Below, one piece after another: positions 14,658 through 26,069 of a stretch of DNA of 64,000 bases (within the stretch, counting starts at the first letter, position 1; each line of letters starts with the position of its first letter). The stretch covers positions 30,630,001-30,694,000 of the forward strand of contig CM052817.1 of assembly GCA_028534125.1 (NCBI GenBank), written 5' to 3'. The notes under the pieces were generated by a model. The model saw only the letters and a program-made list of their open reading frames with translations, searched no databases and was not told the origin of the DNA. Source of the DNA: Lama glama. Lineage: Eukaryota. Made by a program: the position numbers and the translations under genes.

Positions 14658-14780
14658 AAGAGAGAGAAAGAGAGAGGGAGAGGGAGAGAAGGAGAGGAAG
14701 AGAGAGGGAGATAGAGGGAGAGAGATTGAGAAAAGAGTCAGAGGGAGAAGGAAAGGGAGGGAGAGAGAGAGATTGAGAGA
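14658..14780. repeat. GA-rich polypurine tract in GABRA4 intron 2
   Basis: 54 consecutive purines (14658-14711), nearly pure purine to 14780. Confidence 0.9.
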
Positions 14781-14888
14781 TTTTTCATTTCTGCACGCGA
14801 GGCATACCTAATGATATTCCCACAGACAGACAGGCAGATGGAGAGAGAGACAGACAGGACACACTTGCGCGTTTGAAATTGTTCATAC

Positions 14889-15007
14889 CCCCAAATCCAG
14901 GACGAAGCCTGTTGTCATAACCATCGAGTAAACTGTCCAGGATGCGGGTAAAATTTTCCGGGCATAATTTCTCCTCCTTTTGGTTCTGTCCTGGGGATTC
15001 GTTTAAA
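14889..15007 (-). CDS. GABRA4: GABRA4 coding exon 2 (119 nt; (C)[39 protein letters not shown])
   Basis: Acceptor tttgcAG|TTTAAAC and donor GGGG|GTATGA. Encodes the family motif [12 protein letters not shown] and is frame-consistent with exons 1 and 3. Confidence 0.97.
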
Positions 15008-16050
15008 CTGCAAACGCACGAAAAAAAAAAGGGGGGCGGAGGGGATTATTTTAAGGATCGATCAGCAAACAGGTGGAAACAGGTTTATCTTCTAGGAAAA
15101 GAGTCTCTTGCCCCAAACTAAAGGAGGCAGGGCTGAGGGATGGGGGAGAGAGAACTGGTCAGAAAAGGCGCACCCCACCCACGCAGACCCCCAACCTCCA
15201 TACTCTTCTTGGACCCGGCGCCCCTTCTGCTTTCCGCGTCTACGCGGTCAGAGCAAAGCCGGCTACGGCCCCTGACCTTACAGCGGAGACCGGAGGGTCT
15301 GGTTCGCCCTGGGAGGGGCGGGCGGCCGGAGGAGACCCGGTGCTGACCCCTTCTCCACCTCCCCCGGCCCCCAGCACCCCGGGAACTCACCAAGCCGCCA
15401 GGCACAGGAAGTGCAGGAGGGCGAAACTGACCCCGAAGGACGTCGCGATCGCGGGTACCTTCTTGGCAGAAACCATCTTTGCAACATGCCATACTTTAAG
15501 CCTGTTCACGTTTCCAGGCTCTCCAGATGCCCTGAGCAGGGTGCGAGGCGAGGGCAGAGGCTCTCGGCGGCGTGCGCACACTCGCGCTCACACTCGCCCG
15601 CGCTCAGCCAGCCCCAGCCGCGGTGGGCGCGTGTGTGCACGCGGGCCGGGGAGGCGGAACCTGCCTTTCCGCGCCCCCTCCTTTTCTCGCCGAGCTCTCG
15701 ACTGTATGGAGAGCTATGTATACCGCTCACACCCTTTCGTGCCTGTACCCCGAAGCTGCCGGGGTTCACCCTGGGGCGCTGACACCGAAAGGCTGAGTCA
15801 AGTTCTTCCCCACCTTTAACTCTGGGGAGCAGGACCCGGAGCTCCCGCCCCTCCTCGCGCTCTCGACCCCCATCCCAGGTGGGCCCCCGCCCCAGGTGGG
15901 CCCCCGCCCGCGGCAACGCTGGGTCTCCACTCCTTCCTCTCCGCCCCCTCCGCCCCCTCCGCCCTCTCCGTCCCGTTGGGATTTGGATTTAACCCCTGAA
16001 GTTCCTCTCTCCTTGAGTTGTTCCAGGACCTCTTTGTATCCATTTTCAAG
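14900..16050. promoter_or_regulatory. CpG island / TATA-less promoter and 5' UTR region of GABRA4
   Basis: Abrupt rise in GC and CpG content against an AT-rich background. Multiple GC boxes (CCCGCCC, CTCCGCCCCC repeats at 15939-15966) and AP-1 motif TGAGTCA at 15794-15800. Edges are approximate and the TSS cannot be determined from sequence. Confidence 0.85.
15391..15476 (-). CDS. GABRA4: GABRA4 coding part of exon 1 (86 nt; signal peptide [28 protein letters not shown])
   Basis: ATG at 15476 in AAGATGG context. The N-terminus [10 protein letters not shown] is characteristic of alpha-4. Donor TTG|GTGAGT at 15390, phase 2. Confidence 0.97.
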
Positions 16051-16512
16051 GCTGGAGGTGGAGAAAGGGCGAGAAGGCAGGGCTTGCAGGGGGTGGGAGT
16101 GATGGGGAGAGGGGACCAAGTCTGGAGGGAAACAACCTCTGGGACTCTCCCCTTCGGATGTTGGGGGACAGCGAAGGAAAGAAGATTCCTCCTGGTAAAA
16201 GGTGTTGCAACTCACTGGGCGGACTCTCTCCAAACTGTTAGGAAGTGAACTTGAGCCTAAAGATACCTAATTCCTTTAGTATACCCGCCGCCGCCTGGCA
16301 CCCATTTGCCCTCTGTTTTGCTGCTCCATCCCTTTCCTGGAGGGGAGAGAAGAGGTGGAGACAGGGGACATCTGTTCAAACTCACTTTCACTTCTTGCGA
16401 CTTTTGATGTTCCCTCATTTCATAATAGAGGTGACTGACTTCCAGAACGCTTCAGGGAGGGGAGAAAGGATGACTGGGGAGAAGGAGAGGAGAGAGCAGG
16501 GAAGAGAAAACG

Positions 16513-16514
<2 letters not shown>

Positions 16515-16545
<31 letters not shown>
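16515..16545. repeat. (GT)n microsatellite upstream of GABRA4
   Basis: Uninterrupted GT run. Confidence 0.95.
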
Positions 16546-16548
<3 letters not shown>

Positions 16549-18078
16549 TAAAAATGGAAGGGAACGCCTCTTAGTTCACTGAATACTTGAAAGGGAACAC
16601 CAGGCACTATAACTTTAGTGTTTTATTGAAAGAGATAAGCATTTCCAATAGAACTTTTTCAAACGTTAATTATTGGTTCCAAGGGGGAAAGGTGCCTTTC
16701 ACATTAACAGTGATGCATACGGGAATTGTTTATATGATGGATCAATAATCTAAGTAATTTATGTGAAGTTAGGTCTTTGGAACAAGTCACCACCAATAAC
16801 TATATGCTGTTTAGAACTTTGATAGTTTGTTCAAAGTTTGATGACTGGTAGATTGATTTGCTATGGAAACCATCAAACCAAGGGCGGTTTTCTTTGTTTG
16901 TTTCAATCTCCTGGCTAAGATTTTTCTTGCCAAGGGGAAGCCTTTTCAGGTTGCCAAAACTGCATAATAGCCAAAGGTATGTACTCTCAGGACATTCTCT
17001 GTTGCCTCCTTCATGTCATTTATTGTGTTTCATCCTATTTGCATCTGTATTATTCTTCTCTTAAGAATTGTAATCTCCTTGAGGGCCTGGGCTGGGTAAC
17101 TTTTGTTTATCTGAGTTTACTTTTTCTCTTATTACTGTGTATGACACCAAGTACAAGGGCAAGAAATATTTATTGAATATCTATTGAATGAACAAGAAAT
17201 ATTTATTAATCGGTCGCTTGTTTCCAGATCCATCTGAATCAATTTGGATTAAATTCCAGCTTACTCTCTTGGAAAAAATATGCTCCCCAAATACGCTGTT
17301 AAAGCATTTGCTCTCCTCAGATAATCCACATAAAACCTGCTAATACATTATATTATTATTATATCATAAAATATAGTAATATATTAAATAATATAGTAAT
17401 ATTATTTCTCCAATCTTAATGCTTTCCTACACTTTCTAAAGCCTAATTCAGTATTCTCTACCTTTCCTTGTAATTTCCATTTAAAAATATGTCAGAAAAT
17501 TAAGAATAGAAAGCAATGGTCTTAGGAAAAAGAAGTTCCATATTGTTAATGGTAAATTATCTTTAAAATTCCAATTTTAAGTATGTGAAACTGGTACCTT
17601 CAAAGGGACAAAAAAAAAATCCTCCCTTCATACAGCTGCTTCCAATTATATTTTTGTTAACTGGTGTATAGTACTTAAGATCATCTGAAGACAATAGCAG
17701 AGACATTTGTATCTCGTTTTATTTTATATCACAGTGTTTCATTTATTCTACCTTTCTATTACTTGAAGAAGTTATATGTTAGGTTTTACTGTCTAAAATC
17801 TTTAAAATGTGTATCTATATATATCTTACGTATGTATATATGTGTATATATATATATATATCTTGTCACTATGAGTTTTAAAACAAATCCAATGTTCAAA
17901 AAAATTGCAATTACTTTAAGCTACAAATATAATTAAATATGCTGTCATTTTCAACATAAACTCCTATCCATTATGGCCCAGATTGTGAGTGAATTTTTCC
18001 TGTTTATAGCTGTGTAGAAAGTGAAGGTGTTAAAATTATACATATAACTTCCTTCTTTACAGTTAATGTAAGTCTTTA

Positions 18079-18181
18079 CTTGTTTGTTGTTTTGTTTTGC
18101 TTTTAATGGAGGTACTGGAGATCGAACCCAGGACCTCAAGCATGCTAAGCCCACACTCTACCACTGAGCTATACCCTCCCC
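18079..18181 (-). mobile_element. tRNA(Ala)-derived SINE, camelid Vic-1-like
   Basis: Minus strand reads GGGGAGGGTATAGCTCAGTGGTAGAG...GGTTCGATCTCCAGTACCTCCA plus an A-rich tail. Pol III A and B boxes are present. Probable TSD AGTTAA(TG/CT)TAAGTCTTTA at 18061-18078 and 18186-18203. Confidence 0.85.
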
Positions 18182-18330
18182 TGAAAGTTAACTTAAGTCT
18201 TTAATTGCTATATTCAAATGCACTACCCTCAAATATCATTATGTTAAGCCAGCAATATATTATCAATGTATCATAAGGTATACATCTGATACAAATGATA
18301 CAGATCACCCTACTGCTAAAGTCTTAGGAT

Positions 18331-18458
18331 AGGGGGGGTATAGCTAAGTGGTAAAGCACACATTTAGCATGCACAAGGTCCTAGGTTCACTCCCCAGTAC
18401 TTCCATTTAAATAAATAAAACTAATTTCCTCCCCCTCCAAAATTTTTTTTAAAAGTAG
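18331..18458 (+). mobile_element. tRNA(Ala)-derived SINE, camelid Vic-1-like
   Basis: Reads GGGGGGGTATAGCTAAGTGGTAAAG...GGTTCACTCCCCAGTACTTCCA plus an AT-rich tail. Perfect 14-bp TSD TAAAGTCTTAGGAT at 18317-18330 and 18459-18472. Confidence 0.88.
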
Positions 18459-21050
18459 TAAAGTCTTAGGATGGACATTTTGTCCACAATGCCTAAGAAA
18501 TGTCCTGAAAATTAATACAAAGTTTTGTATCCATTGTGTGTAGCTCTTCATAACTTTTCTCAGATTCTCAAAGGCTATGGACAACTAAAGTATAAACTAA
18601 TGTTTTAACATAAAAGATGACATATATAATAAAACAGTCAACCAAGTAGGCAAACAAACATTTACAACTAATGTGTGACAAACATCTCTATCCTATTTGA
18701 TAAAATCATCCATTGCCAATTTCTATAAACTATTATGTAAATTTCAGGTTTCCTTTGAAAGTACTCAGCCTGATTTTTGTCAGTTTATTAAATAGCCGAC
18801 TAGATTGGTAGACAAAAAATTTGGAGTGATAATAAGATGAATAATTTGAAAAAGTTCAACCAGTTTCTCTTTCTTTCCATTAATTATTTCTGGTAAAATA
18901 TTGAACCAATTTTAATAATTTGAAGAGGGTAATGATGTGAGTTACTGCTTTAAATTCTGAAACCTTGTGGTTATACACTTACTTGAAACATTTCAGTTCT
19001 GAGAATATAGAAGCTACTGACTATCTTTACTTTTATGCATTTCTCTGTCCTATATATTTAGTATAAGTAAGAAGATTGATTTGATGCTCTCCAGTCATGG
19101 CTTTCCTTATTTATATTAAAATAATACTTCTACAAAAATTTACCTGTATGCTGACCTGTTATTATTGTCTAGTTGTAGATTTTTATCTCTATTATTAAGA
19201 ATTTCAAAACTGTCTATTGTTTTAATAGTTACAACATAAAAAATGACAAAACTAGAACACCTTAACAGCATTTATTTGAATAAATATTTCATAATGTTAG
19301 TTGATTACTGGTTCGAAAATAAACATTTATTTTTCTTCGCCATACAGCTAATGAAGATTTAGTGGTTTCAGTGTGAGTACTTGAAAGAGAATAAAATTTA
19401 AGCAATATTTGTATCTTATCTGAATAATTTCTATACATGAAATTTAGAAAGTCAATTATTATAGCAAATATTTTTAAATTATTAATTAAATATTTTTATG
19501 ACTGTCCATGACCAAGCTGCACATTGAAGAAAGTATATCCACATTCATTTAAATTATAATATGAAATACTAGCTCTCCAGTATCAGCTTTTGTTTCACTT
19601 AAGTCTAATGTTTTATAATAAGTAGAATGAATACTTTTGAAGGACTTGGAATCCAAGTAATGAATTTGATAAATACTTGTAGGCTTATTTGCAAATGACT
19701 AATAATGTGTGAAGTATTATTTTATTTGTTAGACCTTGAATTCTGAGGTAAGTCTCAAAGTAATTATGGAAGTATTACTTTATACTAGACTCCAAAGAGC
19801 CATGATTGTTTTGCATGTGTGTGTGAATGTTCTATAAACTTTATACAAAGTACTATAAGAAGGAACATTCCCTTGATTGCATCCATGTATGCGTGTGTGT
19901 ATTTTCAAAGTTTCTGAAAAAAAATGCTATTATCAAGTGACAGACTTTTTTCAGCATCTAATAGTAAGGAGTAACAAGGGCAACTGATGCATTACCAATA
20001 GTGCTCAAAATTAAATATATTGATAAATTTGTTGCCAAGTGCCTATCTAATGATAAATACATTGTCTTGTTTCTTCTTCATTTTTTTAGCTGAAATAGCA
20101 GAAGTTAACTTCCTCTCAATTCTGAAAACTCGAAGTCTGAGACCTAGGTGTTATTAATATTTAAATGTTTAAATTTAAATATGAATACCATCATTAATAT
20201 TTAAATTCATGTTTGAATTATTTTCATTTTATCAATTTTTTTACTAGTGATATAAAGAGACTCCTACTTCAAATATATTCATAATCAGAAGAGAAATTAA
20301 ATTAGCCTAAAGAATGTACTTATTCTCACTAATCATTGTGGATAAAAGTATTTTAGCCTTCCAGATTGTTTAAATGACAAAAATCTTTGAAGAAAAGCAT
20401 AGCGTCAGGTATTTGTATGTCTTTTTCAGTATTCTTAAATCCTCAATATAGAACCTAGCACACAAATCAGGTTAATACAAAGTAAATAATCAAAGTATCA
20501 CAGGTGTATACTGGCTGACTATCAAACCGATGCAGCGTTTGGCACTAAATTTTCCATGCAAACCCAGGAATACGGAACATGACACAGTGGTATTATATTT
20601 GGTCCTCAGAAAACTACGAAGCCAGACTGCTCTTCATTACCATCTGGTGGCTACTGCATGGAGTGGCATCAACCATAATTTTAAGAGTGTTAGAGGAACT
20701 GAATATCACACTTAAGAACAGAGGGAAAAAACTCAGTATTATTGATGAATGTTGAAAATGTACAAGGATAAAGACCAAAGAGGGATTTGGGATTTCCCTT
20801 AAAATAAAAAAGTATACCATAAAAAGTAATTGGAGAAAAGTTGAATGTTTGATAACTATGGTTTATGAACAGCATAAGATACCCAGATCACGTCTATTTG
20901 TTTTACAACGGAAAAAGACAATTCAATTTTTTTCTTTTAGTGGTAAATTAGATGCAACCATTTTTCTGGATTTAGTAACTATTTTGGTCATCCATGTATC
21001 TTTACATGCCGTTTGACAAAGAAATACTCGTTTCCATTTTATTTACTTAG

Positions 21051-21153
21051 TGTATATATATATATATATGTATATGTATGTGTGTGTGTGTGTATACACA
21101 CATATATATGTGTGTGTGTGTGTTGTGTGTGTGTATATATATATATATATATA
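21051..21153. repeat. Compound (TA)n/(TG)n/(CA)n microsatellite
   Basis: About 100 bp of almost continuous alternating purine-pyrimidine dinucleotides. Confidence 0.95.
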
Positions 21154-21862
21154 GCTTAAATGGCCCCTCACTTGAGAAGTCTATCTGTGCCCTCCTGGCT
21201 AAAGGGTCAATTATCCATCCTGACAGACTGTTGTTACACGTCTGCTAATCATTTGCATAATAGTTTTTATTTATGATAGTCTGACTTTCTCAGGAGAGGG
21301 TACGGTGCCCTATTATCATTGTTAAGACCTAGGTTCTAAGCCTTTAATATATATTCATGTAAGGAATAAATCCACAAAATTTATTATTATCTAGGAAATT
21401 TAAACCAAAGGAAAACTCTTACATTTCAGGCTTAACAGGCAGTGAAACAAGGACAGGGTGAAATTTTGAAGAAAGTAAAAGTCCAAATTGACCTTTTAAA
21501 TTTCCCATTTCCATCACAGAATCACAAAGCCAAAATGGAACCAAGAATATTACCTAGTTCTGCCACATAATTTTAAATATGAGACTGAGGCTCAGAGACT
21601 ATATGACTTTCTCATGTTCTGTAATAAATGACTACTAAAATCAGGATTTGAATCCTTATCTTCTGACTCTTTATTAGTGAGATTCTTATTGTACTGGTTT
21701 AATCTCTGACCTCTTTTAGGAGAAATCTTAATTCTAGAGAACTGGACCTTAAAAACTAAACAGCCTTGTAGAGATCTGAATTCTATACTTGATCTGTGTC
21801 CCGACTACACATATTTACAGGCAAATTAGGAGACCATTATGTTATAGGGCAATATGATAATT

Positions 21863-22090
21863 CAATTGAACCATGAAGAACACAGTTTGAAATACATGAA
21901 TCCACTTATATGCAGATTTTTTTCAATAAATACCTTCTACAGTACTACAGGGTCCATGGTTGGTTGAATCTGCAGATGTGGAACTGCTGGATAGGAAGGC
22001 TGACTATAAAGTTATCAACCAATTTCCCACTGCGTGGGGGATGCATGCCCTAAACCTCTCCACCCCACCCCCTTATTCAAGGATCAGTGG
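21863..22090. mobile_element. Tigger2/MER8-like TcMar non-autonomous DNA transposon
   Basis: Degenerate terminal inverted repeats (CAATTGAACCATGAA ... TTCAAGGATCAGTG) and internal TCCACTTATATGCAGATTTTTTTCAATAAA, GTTGGTTGAATCTGCAGATGTGGAAC. Confidence 0.7.
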
Positions 22091-24149
22091 TATATTTAAA
22101 TTTTTCAAATGACTAGACTTTTGCGCCAACAGTTCTAGGAATTTATCCTAAGAAAATAGCAAGGCATACATGCCAAGATTGTAAGCAGAATGAGCAACAG
22201 GACATTGTTATTAATACTTTTGAAAAAAGGATAGATTCTCTGATATAATTTCTGGCATCTTCGGCTATTAAGAGATATACTTTAAAGGCTGAGTAGGAGG
22301 TTTTTGAGATTGTCCAAAAATACCTTGTTTTTTAACCAAACTTATGTGATACCACTACAAAAACAGATGATACAGTCTCTCAGAATGTGTCTTTAATAAG
22401 ATATGCTGGATAAAATCCAGAACCAATTTTCTTTTGTAAATGTGTATTTGATGCCATATCATCCAGGCTTTTTTTCAGCCTTAGAAATCATACTTCTAGG
22501 GAGAAAAGTTTTTGGCATTTACAGACTTAACATTTATAGTTTCCGTACTTTGGTACTTCTCATGGATGCCTGGCATGTAGTTTATTTGTAATTCTGCTAA
22601 GGCATAAATACAAACAGTGGGTGCTGTGAGTCCAGGGAGCTGACAGAGACAGTCACTTGGCTGGTCTAAGCCAAAGGATGCCTGGGCTGAGGCCAAACAC
22701 AACCTGGCTTTGTAGTTCCAGGGTTAATGTTCCCACACACAGAAACTCTCCCAAGGTGATTAAAAGGAGAAAAAAAAAAGTGGTTCTTGGTGAATAACCA
22801 CCCAGTACAATTTTAAATTACATTTAAATCTAAATGCTGAAAAATGTAGCAAATGTGATTTGAGTAGTTTCTGAAAAGGAGCCCTTTGATACTAAAAGAA
22901 ACAGGAATTCAAGAGAAAGTAGTGAGGCAATGCAAATACTCAGTATTCGTGAAGTAGAAACTGTCAACGGTCTATCTTAACCCACAGTCAGCTTTTTAGA
23001 AAGCTTCTGAAGATGCAGACACTAACGATGCCTTTTTTTTTCAGTCACTGAACATTCTGCAAATTCACAAAAATTAGGAACCAATGGCTCTACAATGAAC
23101 ATTGAATCTCCTTATCTGTCTTGAAATAGGTGAGCGGCAGCATGTGGGGCTCAGTTAAGTAATGTCTTCATTTATTTTGCCCTCTGCTCAACTTACCCAC
23201 AGCCAACTCTGTGTTCCAGCCCTTTCTAAGAATATAAAGGTTCTCTTCTTTTCCTTCCGTCTTGCTGTTTATTTTTTTATTTACTTGCAACTTGGAAATA
23301 TCTGCTTTGGGGAGACTTTTGATATGTCTTTTCAAGTTCTCTAATAAAGAAACAATAATTTCTATTTGTTTTCCCCTTGCTTGGTATAATTTAACTATTT
23401 TTATGACTCATTTTGATGTTCTTTGAGATAGCCATGCCCTCCTCCTGGTATCTGTGTTCCTCTTTACATGTCTGCCTCAAACCTACTTTCACTCCCCCAT
23501 GTTTTCTGGGCTTTGCCTCATGTCTCATTTCTGCCAAGTGGGCTATTCTTAGTCCTTTCCGCTGGACCCCAGATGTCTCACATCTGAACATACACTATCA
23601 TTTCCAGAACTGAATCAGCACTGGAGTCCATGTCTGAAATGGAATGACTGTTCGACAGATATCAAGACTCACAAGTCAGCTGAATAATAAGGCTCAAAAC
23701 TAAGACATTGAACAGTGGACATTAAAGTCTTTTCTCTAAATTTTTTAATGTTTAAGATGTGATCTGATGATTATGTTACCAGAGCAACAAACTATAATAA
23801 AATATAGTAAAAAAAAAAAACTAACAAAGCACTTTAACAGACTAATAGAGCAGAAAGAACTTTTAAAATTATCTCAATCAAGTCCCTGTCTCCTACTCCA
23901 GTGTTCCTTTAATGATTACATAGCAATCATTTTGTTGCATACTAAGGAAGGGAATATGATAAGCGGTGAAATTACCTTGTTTTGTTAGTATAAGTAACTA
24001 ACCAACTGAAATGTTGGCTCAATTCCCTGACACGGTTTATTGTGATGAAATTATCATGCATCACCATGTTATACTTATTATGTAGCAAAGTTCTTGTTTC
24101 TTCTTCCCCAAGGCTGGAATATTATTATATGACCTTTTCTAATCCTGGT

Positions 24150-24350
24150 TCCTTCATGATTTAACTGTTTGAGCTTGGGAACCTTGCTTCACTACTCTGG
24201 ATTTCATTTTTATCATTTGCAAAATAGGGACAATGAGTGCCTATTTTACAGAATTGTTTGCAAGGATTACGTGCATTACTACATGTTAAAACAATTCAAA
24301 GAGTGCCTGGAACATCATGAGCACTAACAAAGTGTTAGCTGTACTAATAA
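24150..24350 (+). mobile_element. MIR SINE
   Basis: Contains TTTTATCATTTGCAAAATAGGGACAAT...GGATTA...AGTGCCTGG.ACAT. Confidence 0.65.
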
Positions 24351-24443
24351 CTAACAAATTCAGTGTTTGAAACTGACACTAATTTTAACTCGTCACTGAT
24401 GGAGAGAAAGTCTTTCTACAATTAGAGGTCAAGAGCTTAAAAG

Positions 24444-25063
24444 TGTTAAAATATTAGGGAGTTAACACACTGGTGTGAGTAAGTTTTAGTCAAAGTGAAA
24501 ACGAAGGCATTAGACAACTTGCACTTTCAGTGGTGAATGGAGATCAAAGGTCCGTCAAAGTATGTAAGAATGAGAGGAAACGCAGCTGAGTGGAGAAAGT
24601 TTGCAAAAGAGAATGCTGGCAGCCCAGACACATCTCAGAGACTTTCCAGTTTGGTGGCGGAGGTCATGGAGAGGACGAGACCCATAGTTGACCCGGGCTC
24701 CTCATCCCCTCCCTGTCCCTGAAATGTACATTCTGCCTACTGTGCCCTCACTGGGAGCTGTTTCAATGACACAGCCTTAAGAGAGTAAGGTGTTGTTGAG
24801 ACCATTTGGAAGGAATATGTGACCGAACTCCGTTAAGACTTCTCTATAAACCTTTAAGATTCTGGAGGATGTGTGCGAAGACCTACTCATCTTGCAGCCA
24901 CCGGAGTCAGCCTTTGCCCGTAAGTTCCCTTCCTTATTAATACCACCACCTACCAATATGGAGCCATCTGCCTCTTTGCTCAGTCTCTCCTTGCCCTACA
25001 TGCCTTGTTCAGTCTCTCCTTGCCCTCCTTGCCTTGTACGGGGACCAGTTTTTCAATCAACAC
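24444..25063 (+). mobile_element. Probable ERV1-type solo LTR (family uncertain)
   Basis: GC-richer block with TATA-like CTCTATAAA (~24843), ATTAATA/poly(A)-signal-like region and a pyrimidine-rich U5-like end in CA. No TSD found and the 5' boundary is uncertain. Confidence 0.45.
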
Positions 25064-26069
25064 AATTCTGTTCATTGCTGCAGCAGGTATAAACCCAGAG
25101 GTGTGATCAGCGTACTTCTTTCATGCCTAATTGTGCAGACACACACACCGAGCTTGCCACTGTGATCCTGCCCTGGACTGAGGGGGCTGCAATAGGAACT
25201 CAGCACAGCCACAAATGGTCTGGGCAGCAAATACTAAGAAACCTGGAAACAAGACCGAAAAGGGGCTGAGCCAAGGACATCTACATGTGTATTGCTTGCC
25301 TGGGGCTAAAACTAAGTGCAGGACTGGGTGAGAGAAGGTCTTAGTTGGGGCCACATGGTCATGCTTGACTGGAAAGCAGAGATGTCCCAGACACCAGGGC
25401 CAGACTGTTCCCAGGGAGATCTGTTTTAGGCACACATTTTTCTGATAACTTGTTCTGGGGTTTATGAATTTGACTAATTCCTGCTTCACTTTGTATTTTT
25501 AAACTGTTCCAACTCTGGGGTAGCTCAAAGGTTTATAGTTTCTTAGTAAAATACATTTCTCGGTAAAAGGAAAAGCCATCCCATTCTCAAGTTTCGTAAT
25601 TTGTGCTTAAATCTAATTTTACATGTTTGATGAATATGTGTAAATTTTCTCCCCAACTATTCATGATTTATAGTCTTCTCTCTAAACTCCTCCCAATTAT
25701 TAAAAGTTGATTTTTAAAAATATTTCAAAAGACAGGAAGTAAACCACCAAAAGTGACATAACAAACACCTGTTGCTCCACACTCAGCTTTATTAAATTCT
25801 AACATTTTGTCAAGATTGATTCAGAACTTAGTTAATAAAAACAAAACATTACAGATACAACAGAAACTTCCTGAGTACTCCACCACAACTGTCCTTCCAT
25901 CTTTAAATGTAATTCTCTTTCTATGCATAATTTGTGTATTACTATTACTATTACGTATGTAGACAAAGTAAAGAACATCATTTATGATGCTTTTAATGTT
26001 TATATATATATATATATATGCAATTTTCTTTTTATATTAACATTATGTTTTGAGAGTACTCATTTTTAC

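Noticed and set aside
14844..14854. TCTGTCTCTCT (minus strand), resembling the alcohol-response element I recall downstream of rodent Gabra4 exon 2
   Set aside because: Only 9/11 match to my recalled motif, inside low-complexity CT repeat. It cannot be distinguished from chance without an alignment.
15335..15385. REST/RE1-like half-sites (TCAGCACC, CCAGCACC) in GABRA4 intron 1; also TTCAGCAC in the duplicated unit and at ~61119
   Set aside because: The right half GGACAG is missing or badly mismatched, so there is no full RE1.
15073..15819. 248-aa plus-strand ORF and the other overlapping ORFs in the GABRA4 island
   Set aside because: GC-rich DNA is poor in stop codons. The products are low-complexity (P/R/G/A-rich) with no recognisable domain, and this ORF is antisense to GABRA4 exon 1.
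18079..18410. Possible tRNA-Ala genes
   Set aside because: Stems are degenerate, and A-rich tails and TSDs indicate SINEs.
21051..21153. Internal hairpins in the compound microsatellite
   Set aside because: These are a trivial consequence of adjacent TG, CA and TA repeats.
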